Source: an uncultured cyanobacterium | GTDB taxonomy: Bacteria > Cyanobacteriota > Cyanobacteriia > Leptolyngbyales > Leptolyngbyaceae | Direction: 5' to 3' | DNA: 64,000 bases | Assembly (NCBI GenBank): GCA_963766075.1 | Contig: CAVYAN010000017.1 | Span: 64,001 to 128,000, forward strand | Shown here: one piece after another, positions 11,735 to 23,187 of the stretch | Layout: each line of letters opens with the position of its first letter | How positions within the stretch are numbered: position 1 is the first letter of the stretch | Translations under genes and position numbers: made by a program | The notes under the pieces: model-generated | The model's database searches: none | Told to the model about the DNA's origin: nothing | Seen by the model: only the letters and a program-made list of their open reading frames with translations

Positions 11735-12616
11735 TCATTCCCGCTGGCCACACAGCAGCCCAAACTGAATCAAGCCCGTTTGATAGCCCCGCTGCATCAG
11801 CCCGAGGGACAAGGCCGCTTGAATCGTGGTCCAACCCGATTGCACGAGTCCCAGCAGGGCCTCCGGGGTCAAGGCTGAATCAATCACAAAATCCCAAAAG
11901 GGCGCGACGGCAGTTGACCAATCGGCCATGCGGATATTTTGGAAATTTAAGTGTCGGGCGATCGCCCCGTACTCGGGTAGCGAAATCACGTAGGGCAAAC
12001 AATAGACCCGATAAATCTCGGCCAGCAGAGCATTTTCCGCTGGGGTGAGCGATCGCTGATCCGCGGGCCGGTGACACCACGTCACCATCAAAAACGTCCC
12101 TCCCGGCTTCAACACCCGGTGGCACTCCCGCATAAACTGGGTTTTGTCCGGCATGTGTTCCCCACTTTCCAGGGACCAAACGAAATCAAAGGACTGATCG
12201 GCAAAGGGCATGGCCAGCGCATTGGCAACCTGGAATTGCGCCGTGGCAAACGGTCCCGGAGCCGCACCATTAGGGGGATTCCCAGCACCCATCCCTGCCG
12301 CCGCTGCCCGCTCAGTGGCGCGCTTTGCTTGGACCGGGCTGAGGGTAATGCCCGTGGCGATCGCCCCAAATTTCTCTGCTAGATACAGCGAACTGCCGCC
12401 GATCCCGCAGCCCACATCCAAGATCTGTTCAGCGCGATCGACGCCAGCCCAGCTCAGCAGCGCCTCAATTAAATCAATCTGCGCCTGCCGCCGTTCCTTT
12501 TTCTCGCGGCCATCCACGCCATAGTAGCCGTGGTGCATGTGCTCTCCCCACACGGTTTCCCACAGCCCTGAAGAGGCATCGTAGAACTGTTGGATTTGGT
12601 CGTAGAGCGTTGACAT
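11735..12616 (-). CDS. Gamma-tocopherol methyltransferase-like SAM-dependent methyltransferase
   Basis: FYDASSGLWE..WGEHMHHGYY, LDVGCGIGGSS, WSLESGEHMPDK. Confidence 0.88.
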   Translation of the reverse strand: MSTLYDQIQQFYDASSGLWETVWGEHMHHGYYGVDGREKKERRQAQIDLIEALLSWAGVDRAEQILDVGCGIGGSSLYLAEKFGAIATGITLSPVQAKRATERAAAAGMGAGNPPNGAAPGPFATAQFQVANALAMPFADQSFDFVWSLESGEHMPDKTQFMRECHRVLKPGGTFLMVTWCHRPADQRSLTPAENALLAEIYRVYCLPYVISLPEYGAIARHLNFQNIRMADWSTAVAPFWDFVIDSALTPEALLGLVQSGWTTIQAALSLGLMQRGYQTGLIQFGLLCGQRE

Positions 12617-12882
12617 TGGCACAAAAATGACCCCAGATACACGTAAAAAATGAAACAGCACCCCCAATGGCGACGAATCACCCCAGTGCTTTAGCCCAGC
12701 CAGTTGGACTCCGTAGATCTTCCGCCCAAAAGTATAGATTATCAGTCGCAGCTTTGATATGTTAGTGCGGAATCCAATCGCGTGGGGAATTCGATCGCGG
12801 GCAAAATTTCAGCAGTATTGATCACCCTTTATCAGCTCCATTGCGCACTCCCATCACGCTCCCCTATTACCCATAGCCCACC

Positions 12883-13518
12883 ATGACCAAATCCGCCGAT
12901 CTGTGGCAAGCTAATCACGATCTGGCCCAGGCTTGCCTAACCCACCCCTTCGTCCAAAGCCTTGCCGATGGCAGCTTGCCCCCCGCCACCTTTGCCTTCT
13001 ATGTCGGTCAGGATGCCTTTTTTTTGGCAGCCTTTGCCCGGGCCTATAGTATCGCAGCAGCCAAAACTACGGGTATATCCGGCTTCGAGGCATTTCATAC
13101 CCTGGCCAGCGGCGTTTTAGAGGAGCTCAAATTGCACCAGGGCTACGCCACCACTTGGGGCGTCGATTTGTCCACGGTTCAACCCAGTAGCACTACCCAA
13201 AGCTATACCGACTTTCTGCTGGCCACCGCGTGGAGTCAAAGCATTGGGATGACCGTGGTGGCCATGGCTCCCTGTATGCGCTTGTATGCTTTTCTGGGGC
13301 AAACCCTGGCCCAAAACGGCATTCCTGATCATGCCTATGGCGAGTGGATTCGCACCTACAGCAGTGCCGAATTCGAGCAATTGGCCCAGCAGTTGGAAAC
13401 CCTGGTGGAGTACCATACCCTCTTCAATACCCCAGCCCAGTCCCACTACCGCTATGCCATGGTGTGCGAACGCAATTTTTTCCACTCGGCATGGCAAAGG
13501 GGGGCAATGGATGGATAG
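12883..13518 (+). CDS. tenA: TenA family protein (thiamine salvage)
   Basis: HPFV..LADGSL, YVGQDAFFL, PCMRLY, YGEWIRTY, E..FF. Confidence 0.88.
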   Translation: MTKSADLWQANHDLAQACLTHPFVQSLADGSLPPATFAFYVGQDAFFLAAFARAYSIAAAKTTGISGFEAFHTLASGVLEELKLHQGYATTWGVDLSTVQPSSTTQSYTDFLLATAWSQSIGMTVVAMAPCMRLYAFLGQTLAQNGIPDHAYGEWIRTYSSAEFEQLAQQLETLVEYHTLFNTPAQSHYRYAMVCERNFFHSAWQRGAMDG

Positions 13519-13626
13519 TAAAAATGAATCAAGACGAGTCAACTGCAATAGGTTTCCTCACCAACATTCCAACCAATATCCCCACTAACATCCCCGCCAA
13601 CATCCTTCTCCTACCTGCACCCCTGT

Positions 13627-15006
13627 ATGACCATTTCGCGCACCATTTGTTTGGGCTTTCTGGCCGTGATTCTCCTCGGTACCGTGCTGTTAGTGCTACC
13701 TGGGGCCAGTACCCAGGCGTGGAATGGGTCGCACTGGATTGTGGCCCTGTTTACCGCGACATCTGCTGTCTGTGTGACGGGTCATGCCGTGGTGGATACG
13801 GGGAGCTACTTCACGTTCTTTGGCCAGTTTGTCATTATGGCGCTGGCGCAAATTGGCGGCCTAGGCTACATGACGGTAACTACCTTTTTGCTGCTGCTGC
13901 TGGGCCGCAAGTTTGGCTTGAAGGATAAAGTGGCGATTCAGCAAGCGCTGGATCGATCGGGGATTCAGGGGGCGGCGCAGATTCTGCGATCGATTATTGC
14001 CACCACGCTGTTATTTGAAATTACCGGGGTGTTTATCCTCTGGGCGGTGTTTGCTACGGACGATCGCCTCAACGGCGTCCTTTACAAGGGCCACTATGCT
14101 AGTGCCCTCTCACGATTTTGGCTGGCTCTATTTCACAGTGTGAGCGCCTGGAACAATGCTGGATTCAGCCTATTTCCGGATAATTTGATGGGCTATCAAG
14201 CATCCTTTTGGGTGAATGCGGCCATCACAGGGCTGATTATTTTCGGCGGAATTGGCTATGAGGTCATTTTTGAATTTTATCTCTGGCTGCGCGATCGCCT
14301 CACCCGACGAAGAGAATCCGTGATTCTCTCCCTCAACTTCAAGGTCGCCGTCAGCACCACGCTCATTCTGCTCGGCGTTGGCACCTTCGCCTTCTTCATT
14401 GTCGAAGGTCGGAACCCTGCTACCCTACGTCCCATGGACCTGCCCACCCGCCTGCTCGCCGCATGGTTCCAATCGGTTACACCCCGTACTGCTGGCTTTA
14501 ACACCATTGATATTGGACAAATGACAACGGCGGGGCTATTCATCACCATCGCCCTGATGATGATTGGAGGCAGTCCCGGCGGCACTGCGGGCGGCATCAA
14601 AACCACAACCTTCCGCATCCTCAGCAGTTGCACCAAAGCCGTTCTCCAGGGTAAAGAAGATGTCGTGCTCTATGAACGCCAAATCCCCTTTTCCCTGATT
14701 CTCAAGGCGATCGGTGTGGCCGTCGGTTCTATCGCCACGGTAATTGGTATGACCATCCTCATTTGCCTCTTTGATCCCGAGCTTCCCTTCTTGAAAGTCT
14801 TATTCGATACGGTTTCCGCCTTTGGCACCGTTGGTCTTTCTTCCGGTTTGACTTTTGATGCCAACCTCTCTGACTATTCCAAACTGGTGCTCGTGGCTAC
14901 CATGTACATGGGCCGCGTTGGCGTGTTGCTGCTGGTGGGAGCCTTCCTTGGCGACCCTAAACCCACCTTTGTTCGGTTTCCAGAGGAAAACTTACTCGTG
15001 GGCTAG
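13627..15006 (+). CDS. ktrB: Ktr/Trk K+ uptake membrane subunit
   Basis: FTATSAVCVTG, QIGGLG, SAWNNAGFS, PRTAGF, GGSPGGTAGGIKTTT, SAFGTVGLS. Confidence 0.92.
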   Translation: MTISRTICLGFLAVILLGTVLLVLPGASTQAWNGSHWIVALFTATSAVCVTGHAVVDTGSYFTFFGQFVIMALAQIGGLGYMTVTTFLLLLLGRKFGLKDKVAIQQALDRSGIQGAAQILRSIIATTLLFEITGVFILWAVFATDDRLNGVLYKGHYASALSRFWLALFHSVSAWNNAGFSLFPDNLMGYQASFWVNAAITGLIIFGGIGYEVIFEFYLWLRDRLTRRRESVILSLNFKVAVSTTLILLGVGTFAFFIVEGRNPATLRPMDLPTRLLAAWFQSVTPRTAGFNTIDIGQMTTAGLFITIALMMIGGSPGGTAGGIKTTTFRILSSCTKAVLQGKEDVVLYERQIPFSLILKAIGVAVGSIATVIGMTILICLFDPELPFLKVLFDTVSAFGTVGLSSGLTFDANLSDYSKLVLVATMYMGRVGVLLLVGAFLGDPKPTFVRFPEENLLVG

Positions 15007-15169
15007 GGGGAGCCAATTAAAAATTCAAAGTGAAAACCACCAAGCCGGATGCTCCATCCTGAGTTCAGTTTACCCGAAACGCTGCGATCGCCCTAACCGG
15101 CAATAGGCCGCAGGCAAAATCTCCACACGCTAGTTCAGACCCCTATCCCCGCCCGTGATCGTGATTGGA

Positions 15170-16909
15170 CTAGGGCTGCTGGACACAGTGGGCATCCAAT
15201 ACCTTGAGTGTGGGTGTTTGAAAAACAGTGCAGCGGGGAATTGCCAATTCCAACACGGACTTTTGCGGCGATCGCGCCCGTTCACTGGCTTCTGTTACAG
15301 CGGGTTGGTACTGTTGCAGCCAATCCTTATCTTGGAGGTAGTCGGGCTGAAAGGCCGCAGCATCCAGCAGCCAAAAGGTGATGCGATACTGCTGTGTAAA
15401 GCGACGAACAGTAGCGAGATCAGGGCTGTAGTGGGCTTGGAGTTGGGCGATCGCCCGTTCGCGAAACTGCCGATAATAGCCAATATGGTAGGGAATAGCA
15501 TATTCTCGGCCAGCCAGGATTGATCGCTGGGCAAAGGTCGGCAGATTGTTAGCTTCTGGTGATAGGGAGGCAATCACCGTGTTGGGCGGCTGTTGGGCAA
15601 AAAATTTGTACAGCGCCGGTTGCTGGCCCACGATATAGCCTTTGAACACGTAGGTGGGCACAAACCCCTGCAATAAGGGATTGCCATTCAGTCGCACGGT
15701 GAGGGGATAGAGGGCCAGGACTAAAGCCAGCACTGAAGCGATCGCGATCACCACGATCCGACGCTGGGGCAGACCCATGACCCAAAGGCGCAGGCCGTCT
15801 AGCAGGAGAGTCAAGGCAATGCCAGCGGCGATCGCCAGCAGGATCCGAAAGCTGTGCTGGGTGTAGCGACTGGGATGGTGCAGCCGAAAGATCAGCAGAT
15901 GGGCCGCCCCAAACAGGCCCACGGAAGCCAGCAGGATCAAAGGCAAGATGCGCCAACCAGGGGTAATTTGCTGCCCTAACGGGAATTGTCGAGGAGAGCG
16001 GCAGAGCCACGGCAGCAGTAGACCCACCCAAATGAGTGGCGGCTTCAGCAATTGTTCGGGGTGGGGGAAAAGACCACTGCGTCCGGCAATCGTCCAAAAC
16101 TGTAGGGCATCGCTGCTAAAAAAACTGCCCCGACCTGTACCCCAGAACTCGGGCATTTGGCGGGCTTGGGCCGCTTTGATCGCGGGTCCAAATTCGGTTC
16201 CGCCCCACAGGAAGTAAATACCGAGCACCAAGGTAGCGACAGCCAAACCGAACCCAGAAAATCGATAATCTCGGGGCTGGGAGGATAGGCGGGGCACTGG
16301 CCCGCGCCACTCCACTAAGGACAGCAGCAGCATGCCAACCGAGATGAACATAATCTGCGGATAAAACAAACCTTGAAGGGCGATCGCTCCGACACAGGGC
16401 CACAGCGATCGCCGCAAAAAGTAATGCAAAAATGCCAAAAACAACGGATATAAAAATGCTCTCGGAGTTGCTGACCATAAATCATCCGCCATGATTAGAT
16501 TTTGATTGAGCAGCAGACTGGCGAGAAACCCAGCGAATGGTACGGGTAAAACCTGGACTGTGACACTAAAGCAATACGCCGTGGTGATCAGTGCTAGAAA
16601 AATTGGCAAAACCTTTGCCACAGTCAAGGGATGCCATCCCAACAGAGAAAGAGTATGGTATACGGCCTTGTAGCCCATCGGTGCAACAGATTGAAAATAA
16701 TCCGCAATTAAATCCTGCGGGAACAGTTCCGGATTCAGCGATCGCTCTAACCAAAACACATGCTGTCGTGCATCATCCTGCACCACATAGGCACTACTAA
16801 AGACAATCCGTAGGGCCAGCAACCCAAACGTTATGGAACAAATTAGACTCAAGCAGAACCAGAAGCGGGTGCGGGCTGGGGACGCGGGACGAACAAGAAA
16901 GGTCACCAT
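15170..16909 (-). CDS. Polytopic membrane protein, possibly a GT-C-like glycosyltransferase
   Basis: Long multi-TM ORF with an N-terminal QDD loop; start uncertain (16909 or 16975). Confidence 0.6.
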   Translation of the reverse strand: MVTFLVRPASPARTRFWFCLSLICSITFGLLALRIVFSSAYVVQDDARQHVFWLERSLNPELFPQDLIADYFQSVAPMGYKAVYHTLSLLGWHPLTVAKVLPIFLALITTAYCFSVTVQVLPVPFAGFLASLLLNQNLIMADDLWSATPRAFLYPLFLAFLHYFLRRSLWPCVGAIALQGLFYPQIMFISVGMLLLSLVEWRGPVPRLSSQPRDYRFSGFGLAVATLVLGIYFLWGGTEFGPAIKAAQARQMPEFWGTGRGSFFSSDALQFWTIAGRSGLFPHPEQLLKPPLIWVGLLLPWLCRSPRQFPLGQQITPGWRILPLILLASVGLFGAAHLLIFRLHHPSRYTQHSFRILLAIAAGIALTLLLDGLRLWVMGLPQRRIVVIAIASVLALVLALYPLTVRLNGNPLLQGFVPTYVFKGYIVGQQPALYKFFAQQPPNTVIASLSPEANNLPTFAQRSILAGREYAIPYHIGYYRQFRERAIAQLQAHYSPDLATVRRFTQQYRITFWLLDAAAFQPDYLQDKDWLQQYQPAVTEASERARSPQKSVLELAIPRCTVFQTPTLKVLDAHCVQQP

Positions 16910-17199
16910 GGAAAACTGCTGGCTGTATAGGACGAATGTATTGTATATCCTCCAGCTTTGGGATATCACGCCCACTTCGCGCTGCCACCCTCGCGCCGCC
17001 TAACGGTGCATAACGCTATCCTCGCAGCGCGTGGTGCTGTCTAGACCGCTAAAATCCAAAATCTAATCCAAAATCTAAAATCTAAAATCCTTCTAAGGTC
17101 TTACCGGAAATCGCCGTCCGCCATACTACGGTGGGCATGGTTCTCCTCAAAGTTCCCTTCACACAGTTCCCTTCACAAATCCAGCGGCAGGCCACACCC

Positions 17200-17952
17200 A
17201 TGACGACAAATCCGACGAAAACGCAGCATATTGAAGTGCTATCAGACACCGCTGCCGTAGTGCAACGGGCCTTGGAGTTGGTCTTAGAGCAGGTACAGAC
17301 AGCAATCGCCCAGCGGGGACTCTGTACGCTAGTCCTAGCGGGGGGCAGCACGCCCAAGCCCCTCTACGAAAAGCTAGCGGCAGAGAATCTGTCCTGGGAC
17401 AAAATTCACATTTTCTGGGGTGACGAGCGCTATGTTCCCGTTGGCCACCCCGACAGCAACGAGGGGATGGCCCGCAAAGCGTGGCTTGATCACGTTGCGA
17501 TCCCGCCGGAGAATATTCACGCCATGCCCACCCAGGCAGAAAGCCCCGCCGAGGCTGCCGCCCAACATGACGCGGAACTCCGAGACTTTTTTCAGCTTAC
17601 GGCGGCGCAGGTTGCCGCCGGAGAGTTTCCCGCCTTTGATGTGATTCTGCTGGGCATGGGAGATGACGGACATACGGCGTCCCTGTTCCCCCATACCGCC
17701 GCGCTCCAGGTCCGCGATCGCCTTGTCACCCTAGGCAATAAAGACGGCGCTCCTCGCCTCACCTTTACCGTCCCCCTGATTAACCAGGCGCGCTGTGTGA
17801 TGTTCCTAGTTGCCGGTGCTAACAAGCGCCCTGCCCTGGCCCAAGTCTTTTCAGCGGAGTGTGACACGCAGCAGTATCCTTCAGGGCAAATCGCTCCTGT
17901 CGGCGAATTATGGTGGCTTCTGGATCAAGCCGCCGGAGCAGAAATGGCTTAG
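17200..17952 (+). CDS. pgl: 6-phosphogluconolactonase
   Basis: LAGGSTP, FWGDERYVP, DSN, LLGMGDDGHTASLFP. Confidence 0.95.
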   Translation: MTTNPTKTQHIEVLSDTAAVVQRALELVLEQVQTAIAQRGLCTLVLAGGSTPKPLYEKLAAENLSWDKIHIFWGDERYVPVGHPDSNEGMARKAWLDHVAIPPENIHAMPTQAESPAEAAAQHDAELRDFFQLTAAQVAAGEFPAFDVILLGMGDDGHTASLFPHTAALQVRDRLVTLGNKDGAPRLTFTVPLINQARCVMFLVAGANKRPALAQVFSAECDTQQYPSGQIAPVGELWWLLDQAAGAEMA

Positions 17953-18033
17953 GGCTATTCTCAAAAAATAGTATGCCCGCTGGCTGAGCGGAGTCGAAGC
18001 CAGCGGCAGATGGCTCACCTTACCCTAAAATTG

Positions 18034-20217
18034 CTACTGGGCTTTAACCTCAGCGGCATGAACCTTCGAGATTTGGGCCACTTTTTGGGAAATTTCTGGA
18101 TTGTACAGGCGCAGATAGTTCCAATAGTTACCAAACACCGATTTCACATAGCCCTGGGTCTCATCGTAGGGAATTGCCTCCACAAAGGCATCGGCATCGG
18201 CAGATTTGTTTTTGTCCACCCATCCCCCCACCGCACCGGGGCCCGCATTATAACTCGCCACCGCCAGCATGGAATTGCCGTTGAATTCTGCATGGGTGTG
18301 GTCTAGGTACCACGTGCCCAGTTTAATGCTGTCCTCCGGATCATCGAGCTTGTATTTTTTGAGCTTGATGTTACTGGCAATAAAGGTAGCGGTATCGGGC
18401 ATCACCTGCATCAGGCCCACGGCTCCAGCACTGGACCGAATCTTGGGCATAAAGCGCGATTCTTGGCGAATTAAGGCCGTGACCAGGAGGGGATTCAACT
18501 GCCGCTGCTGGGACCACGTTTGAATAGGGTCGAGGAACGGGAAGGGATAGAGCGTATACCAGTAGGCCGCCTGCTGCTTCAGGGCCTGGAACTGGGCCTG
18601 TTCAGCAGGATTTTCTCGCTGGTTGAGGAAAGACACCATAAACATCCCGTCCAGATAGTCACCGACGGCAATCCGCAGCATGCCATCGGTGAATTGTTCC
18701 GCGACCGTGGGTTGCATCCGATTGGTAAATTCCGTTTGCCAGAGTTGCCAAGCGGCTTGGTCCTGCCCCAGTTGGTAGAGTTCCTGGAGGGCCGAGGAGC
18801 CTGCGGGCAATTTGGGGCGCTGATTAGGACTGGCGACGCGGGGACTCAACTGTCGCAGGGTGTCAAAGTCGCCGACGTTCCAGCCTAGGAGGGAGGCCGA
18901 TCGCCACGCATAGTAGGAGTCGGGATATCGACTAATGACCGATTGAAAGGTTTCCCCCGCGACCTTTGACTGATTCATTTGGGCCGACCACTTGCCCGCC
19001 CAAAACAGGGCTTGGGGCGCAAGTTCACTGTCCGGGTTTTGATTGGCAATGCGTCTAGACCAGACCAAAGCGTTCTGAATATCGTTGGCTTTGGCACGTT
19101 CTCGGGCCTGCTCCCAAGCCACTTGAGCCGCCGCTTCCGATTTCGGGTATTGGGCCAGCAGCGTTTTCTGGACTTGGAGCACTGCCGTAGCATTGGTTTT
19201 GGCCAACAGCTTGGCTTTTTCTAATAGAGCTTCTGGGGCGCGGGCGGGGAAGCGAGCGATCGCCTGATCAGCATAGGCGATCGCCAACTCGGGCCGTGCA
19301 ATGCGGGACAACCGGATCAAGGTTTGACCTGCTTCTTCTGAATCCGGAAAAGCGGCCAGCACCTTTTCGTAGGCGAGAAATGCCCCGTCTTTACCGCCCA
19401 GTTGCAGCCCGCGCGCGGTGCGATAGAGGTTGCGCGGCGTGCGTGGGGCACGGGCATAGGCGGTTCCGGCATTGCCGTAGTCCTGTTTTTCCCAATAGCC
19501 AAAGCCAATTGCTTCCCAGTCCTCCGGCTTTAACTGGGCGGCGTACTGGCCCGTCAGGGTGGCAAGGATCTCGCCGTAATTATCCAGGTACAGGCCATAG
19601 CGAGCCAGCACGAGTAGTAGCTGCGGCTGTTTGGGATTTTGTTTCAGGCGTTTTTGCACCAAGTCGAGCACGCGGGGATGGGCGGGGAATTGCGCGATCG
19701 CCCGATCCCCGGCCTGGGGATCCTCGGCACTCAACTCCACTAGGGCCTCGGCGGTGGCGGCCTCGCGGGGATACTGCTGCACAGCCACTTGCCAGGTTTG
19801 CTGAGCTTTGGCGCGATCGCCGGTTTGCTCGTGGGCCTGTCCTTGCTTAATCAACACCGTGGCGGCCAGTTGAGGATACTGCGTCTCCAAGCCCTTGAGC
19901 GTCTCCAGGGCCTGTTTCGCCTGCCCCTGCTGCATCAGATTCGTGGCCAGCAAAAAGCGAGCGCGATTACCGTTAAGCGAAGGCTGCCCCTGGGCGATCG
20001 CGGCCAGCTTGGCCACCTTTTGACCGGGGGGGAGAGAAGGCTGGGTTGTGATTGCACGCAATTGGGCAATGTCAGCATCACCGCTGGTCCGCTGGCCGGG
20101 AGCGGCACTCCACTGGCTTACAAAATCCTGGAAATAGGTAAACCCAACGCCTAGGGCTAGGGCACACAGCCCAGAGCCAGCGGCGATCGCAATCTGGATT
20201 TTACGCTGCTTCAGCAT
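18034..20217 (-). CDS. slt: Soluble lytic murein transglycosylase with TPR repeats
   Basis: IRQESRF, GAVGLMQVMP, ASYNAGPG, ETQGYV; TPR-rich N-terminus. Confidence 0.9.
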   Translation of the reverse strand: MLKQRKIQIAIAAGSGLCALALGVGFTYFQDFVSQWSAAPGQRTSGDADIAQLRAITTQPSLPPGQKVAKLAAIAQGQPSLNGNRARFLLATNLMQQGQAKQALETLKGLETQYPQLAATVLIKQGQAHEQTGDRAKAQQTWQVAVQQYPREAATAEALVELSAEDPQAGDRAIAQFPAHPRVLDLVQKRLKQNPKQPQLLLVLARYGLYLDNYGEILATLTGQYAAQLKPEDWEAIGFGYWEKQDYGNAGTAYARAPRTPRNLYRTARGLQLGGKDGAFLAYEKVLAAFPDSEEAGQTLIRLSRIARPELAIAYADQAIARFPARAPEALLEKAKLLAKTNATAVLQVQKTLLAQYPKSEAAAQVAWEQARERAKANDIQNALVWSRRIANQNPDSELAPQALFWAGKWSAQMNQSKVAGETFQSVISRYPDSYYAWRSASLLGWNVGDFDTLRQLSPRVASPNQRPKLPAGSSALQELYQLGQDQAAWQLWQTEFTNRMQPTVAEQFTDGMLRIAVGDYLDGMFMVSFLNQRENPAEQAQFQALKQQAAYWYTLYPFPFLDPIQTWSQQRQLNPLLVTALIRQESRFMPKIRSSAGAVGLMQVMPDTATFIASNIKLKKYKLDDPEDSIKLGTWYLDHTHAEFNGNSMLAVASYNAGPGAVGGWVDKNKSADADAFVEAIPYDETQGYVKSVFGNYWNYLRLYNPEISQKVAQISKVHAAEVKAQ

Positions 20218-21041
20218 AGGTCCTCGCTGAAACCTAGGTAATTCTTCCGGCTACTCTAGCATTTATACAGAGAAGCGTACCCCAAAAATGTAAAGGAATC
20301 ATGACTCACGCTATACCCCCCGCTATCTGGTGCTCCAGTCCGGGAATCTGGCACTCACCCCGGCCCCAACCGATACCAGGTAAGGTTGCCCTAGTCAGTA
20401 GAGTACGCGATATGAACCGTCAGCTCAAAACGCTATTTCTTCTGGGTTGGCGGTGATTAACGTATTCTACGATACCCAGACAGTCAGGGTTTCAGTCATT
20501 GCGACAGGGCGGCATTGTATCCCTCAACACGTTTTCATCAAGAATCTAGAAAAGTAATCACGTCATAAAGTTGGTGTAAACCTCTACTAAATCTAAAAGA
20601 CGGAATGTCCGGAAATTCACATAATGGATCTGTAAGATAGTGAGTGCAAGAGTGACACACTTGCGTAGATTCCGCCCCCACTTCTGTGCGTTTAATGATT
20701 ATTGAGGTAGCAAAAGACTATACTTTACGTGGATTACTGCTAGACAGTAGCCCATGTGAAAAGCATCTTTTGTGTTTCTTCATACAATTTGAGGCCTAAA
20801 TAGTACCTCAGTAATACTGAATCTTGTCCGCTTAGAAAACTTCAGCTTCAGAAGACTTTGCATAAAGTTAAGTCTTTCAGATTTGTTCGTAGCCTCCAGG
20901 CTTAAACAGGGTGAGGAAGGTCTATTTTCTATGAACCCACGGCAATCGTGCAGTTGGCATGGCGAAGAAAGACCGAAGAAATTCCAGAGAGATTTCAGAA
21001 AAATATTCGTTGCCTCTTTAGCTTGAAGCACAGCGTTAATT

Positions 21042-22165
21042 ATGAAAATTGTCTTTGTATTGCCTGATATTTATGCACTGACCGGTGGGAATCGCGTGAT
21101 CTCAACTTATGCGGAGCGTTTATCCCGGCGGGGACATGACGTTGTCGTGATTTCGCCGCCCCCCACCCCACCAAGTTTGAGGAAGCAGTTTCGCTCTTTG
21201 ATCAAAGGCGATGGATGGATAGTCACGCCCTCGCGTTCATCATCTCACTTCTTTAGCCAAACCGGTGCAACCCAGAAGGTGCTGCGGCGATCTCGCCCCG
21301 TGAGTGACTTTGACGTACCGGATGCCGATATTGTGATTGCCACATGGTGGGAGACTGCCGAGTGGGTGGCCAAGTTCTCCCCATCGAAAGGGGCGAAGGT
21401 TTACTTTGTCCAGGGATACGAAGTATTTGACCACCAGCCAAAACTCCGGGTGGAAAGCACCTATACCCTGCCATTTTATAAAATCACCATTTCTCAATGG
21501 CTGCTGGATATTATGAAGGGGCGCTACGGTGCCTCTGATATTTCTATGGTGTCCAACGGGGTTGACACCAATCTATTTCAAGGGCCTGTCCGGACTAAAC
21601 AGGCTGTGCCGACCGTGGGACTAGTCTATACTCAGCAACATTGCAAGGGCACTGATATTAGCTTGAAGGCCTATAATCTGGCAGCCCAGCAGATTCCGGA
21701 ACTGCGACTGGTAACATTTGGCCGGAAGATAGCGCCTACATTACCATTACCGTCTGGGGCTGAATATGTGGAGCTCCCAGCCCAAAACCAGTTGAAAGAC
21801 CTCTATGGCAAGTGTGATGCATGGTTGGTGGGTAGCCGAGAAGAGGGGTTTGGCCTGCCAATTCTAGAGGCTATGGCCTGCCGAACTCCTGTCATCAGCA
21901 CTCCTGCGGGTGCCGCCCCGGAAATTCTGTCGCTGGGGGGGGCATACGCATTCCGGCAGAAGATCCTAAGGCAATGGCGGCGGCGATCACCCAAATTTGT
22001 CAGATGCCTGAAGCTGAGTGGCAGCAACTCTCCCAGCGAGCCTATGCCACAGCAACCAGCTATAACTGGGAGAAGGCTACCGATTTATTTGAGGCTGCGT
22101 TAGAAAGGGCCGTGGAATGTTCTCGAGCCCGCCGCTCAGGTCGCGCCTCTGCAGCCCTAGTTTAA
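21042..22165 (+). CDS. GT4 family glycosyltransferase, frameshifted at a G8 tract (21935-21942)
   Basis: TGGNRV, EEGFGLPILEAMAC; the normal C-terminus (DPKAMAAAI...SYNWEKATDLFE) is in ORF 21974-22165. Confidence 0.85.
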
Positions 22166-22209
22166 TCGGGCCTTTATCGATCGGTGGATTAACAGTATGT
22201 CTATGAGCA

Positions 22210-23040
22210 ATGTGTATGAGAACCTGGATACAATCTTGGCATCAATCCCGCATCAAACAACTGGCAAAACGGTCCAACTTAAATCAACTCAAACGTTCTG
22301 CGGTGGTGTTCTCCCCCCACCAAGACGATGAAGTTCTGGGCTGTGGCGGCACCTTGCTTCATAAACAGCAGGCCGGAGCTGCGATTAAGATTGTCTTTAT
22401 GACGGATGGGTCTGAGTCTCACAGTCAGCTAATATCACCAGAGACTTTAGCAAATTTACGTCAAAAGGAAGCGATCGCAGCGGCACAACACATTGGACTC
22501 AGCCAGAGCGACGTGCTATTCCTGGGTCTGAAGGATGGGCAACTGTCTAATCGGTCAAATCAGATAATGGCCATAGAACAAGTCACTGCTATCCTCCATC
22601 AGCATCAACCGGAAGAGATTTACATTCCTTACTATTTAGAGCCACACCCAGATCATGTGGCGACCCACACCGCAGTCATGGGTGCTTTGCAAAATTACGG
22701 GCGATCGGTGATGGTCTACGAGTATCCCGTGTGGTTCTGGAATTGTTGGCCGTGGGTGCGTTTTACCAGTCGAGATTGGCGGGATTACGTGAACCAACTG
22801 AAATGGGTGGTGAAGTCTAATCTCAGATTGACCCAGGATTTTCACCATGTGGTCTATATCGCTGACGTGCTGAAGGATAAGCGGACGGCCCTAGAGCAGC
22901 ACCAATCGCAGGTCCAGCGCCTCCTCCCCCAGCCCGAATGGGTTGTCCTAGAGGACATGGCAGAAGGAGATTTCCTCCGGTGTCTTTTCCAAAACCACGA
23001 AATTTTTTATGGACATAGGTTTCCCCAGAATCATTCCTAA
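22210..23040 (+). CDS. PIG-L/LmbE family deacetylase
   Basis: SPHQDDEVLGCGG, TDG..SH, HPDH, HQSQ. Confidence 0.9.
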   Translation: MCMRTWIQSWHQSRIKQLAKRSNLNQLKRSAVVFSPHQDDEVLGCGGTLLHKQQAGAAIKIVFMTDGSESHSQLISPETLANLRQKEAIAAAQHIGLSQSDVLFLGLKDGQLSNRSNQIMAIEQVTAILHQHQPEEIYIPYYLEPHPDHVATHTAVMGALQNYGRSVMVYEYPVWFWNCWPWVRFTSRDWRDYVNQLKWVVKSNLRLTQDFHHVVYIADVLKDKRTALEQHQSQVQRLLPQPEWVVLEDMAEGDFLRCLFQNHEIFYGHRFPQNHS

Positions 23041-23187
23041 CCATAAATTTCCAAAAATAAAAAATGGTGCAAGCTAAGCCTTTGTATCGAGTCTTCTAGC
23101 TTCGTCCCGCTACAGCACTCGATACGCATGGTCTCTAACTTGCACCCTAAGCAATCGTCCCAGTAGGGGACAATCCAAGTCGTGTCC

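Noticed and set aside
12670..12880. TPP riboswitch upstream of tenA
   Set aside because: The conserved CTGAGA and CCTGA...GGG core elements are not visible
13560..13605. Short tandem repeats here and at about 926-962, 17050-17090, 47487-47540 and 62295-62365
   Set aside because: Ordinary short slippage repeats common in cyanobacterial intergenic DNA, with no unique spacers
20220..21040. Gene or ncRNA in the long intergenic region before the glycosyltransferase
   Set aside because: Only a short ORF without recognisable features, and no clear structure
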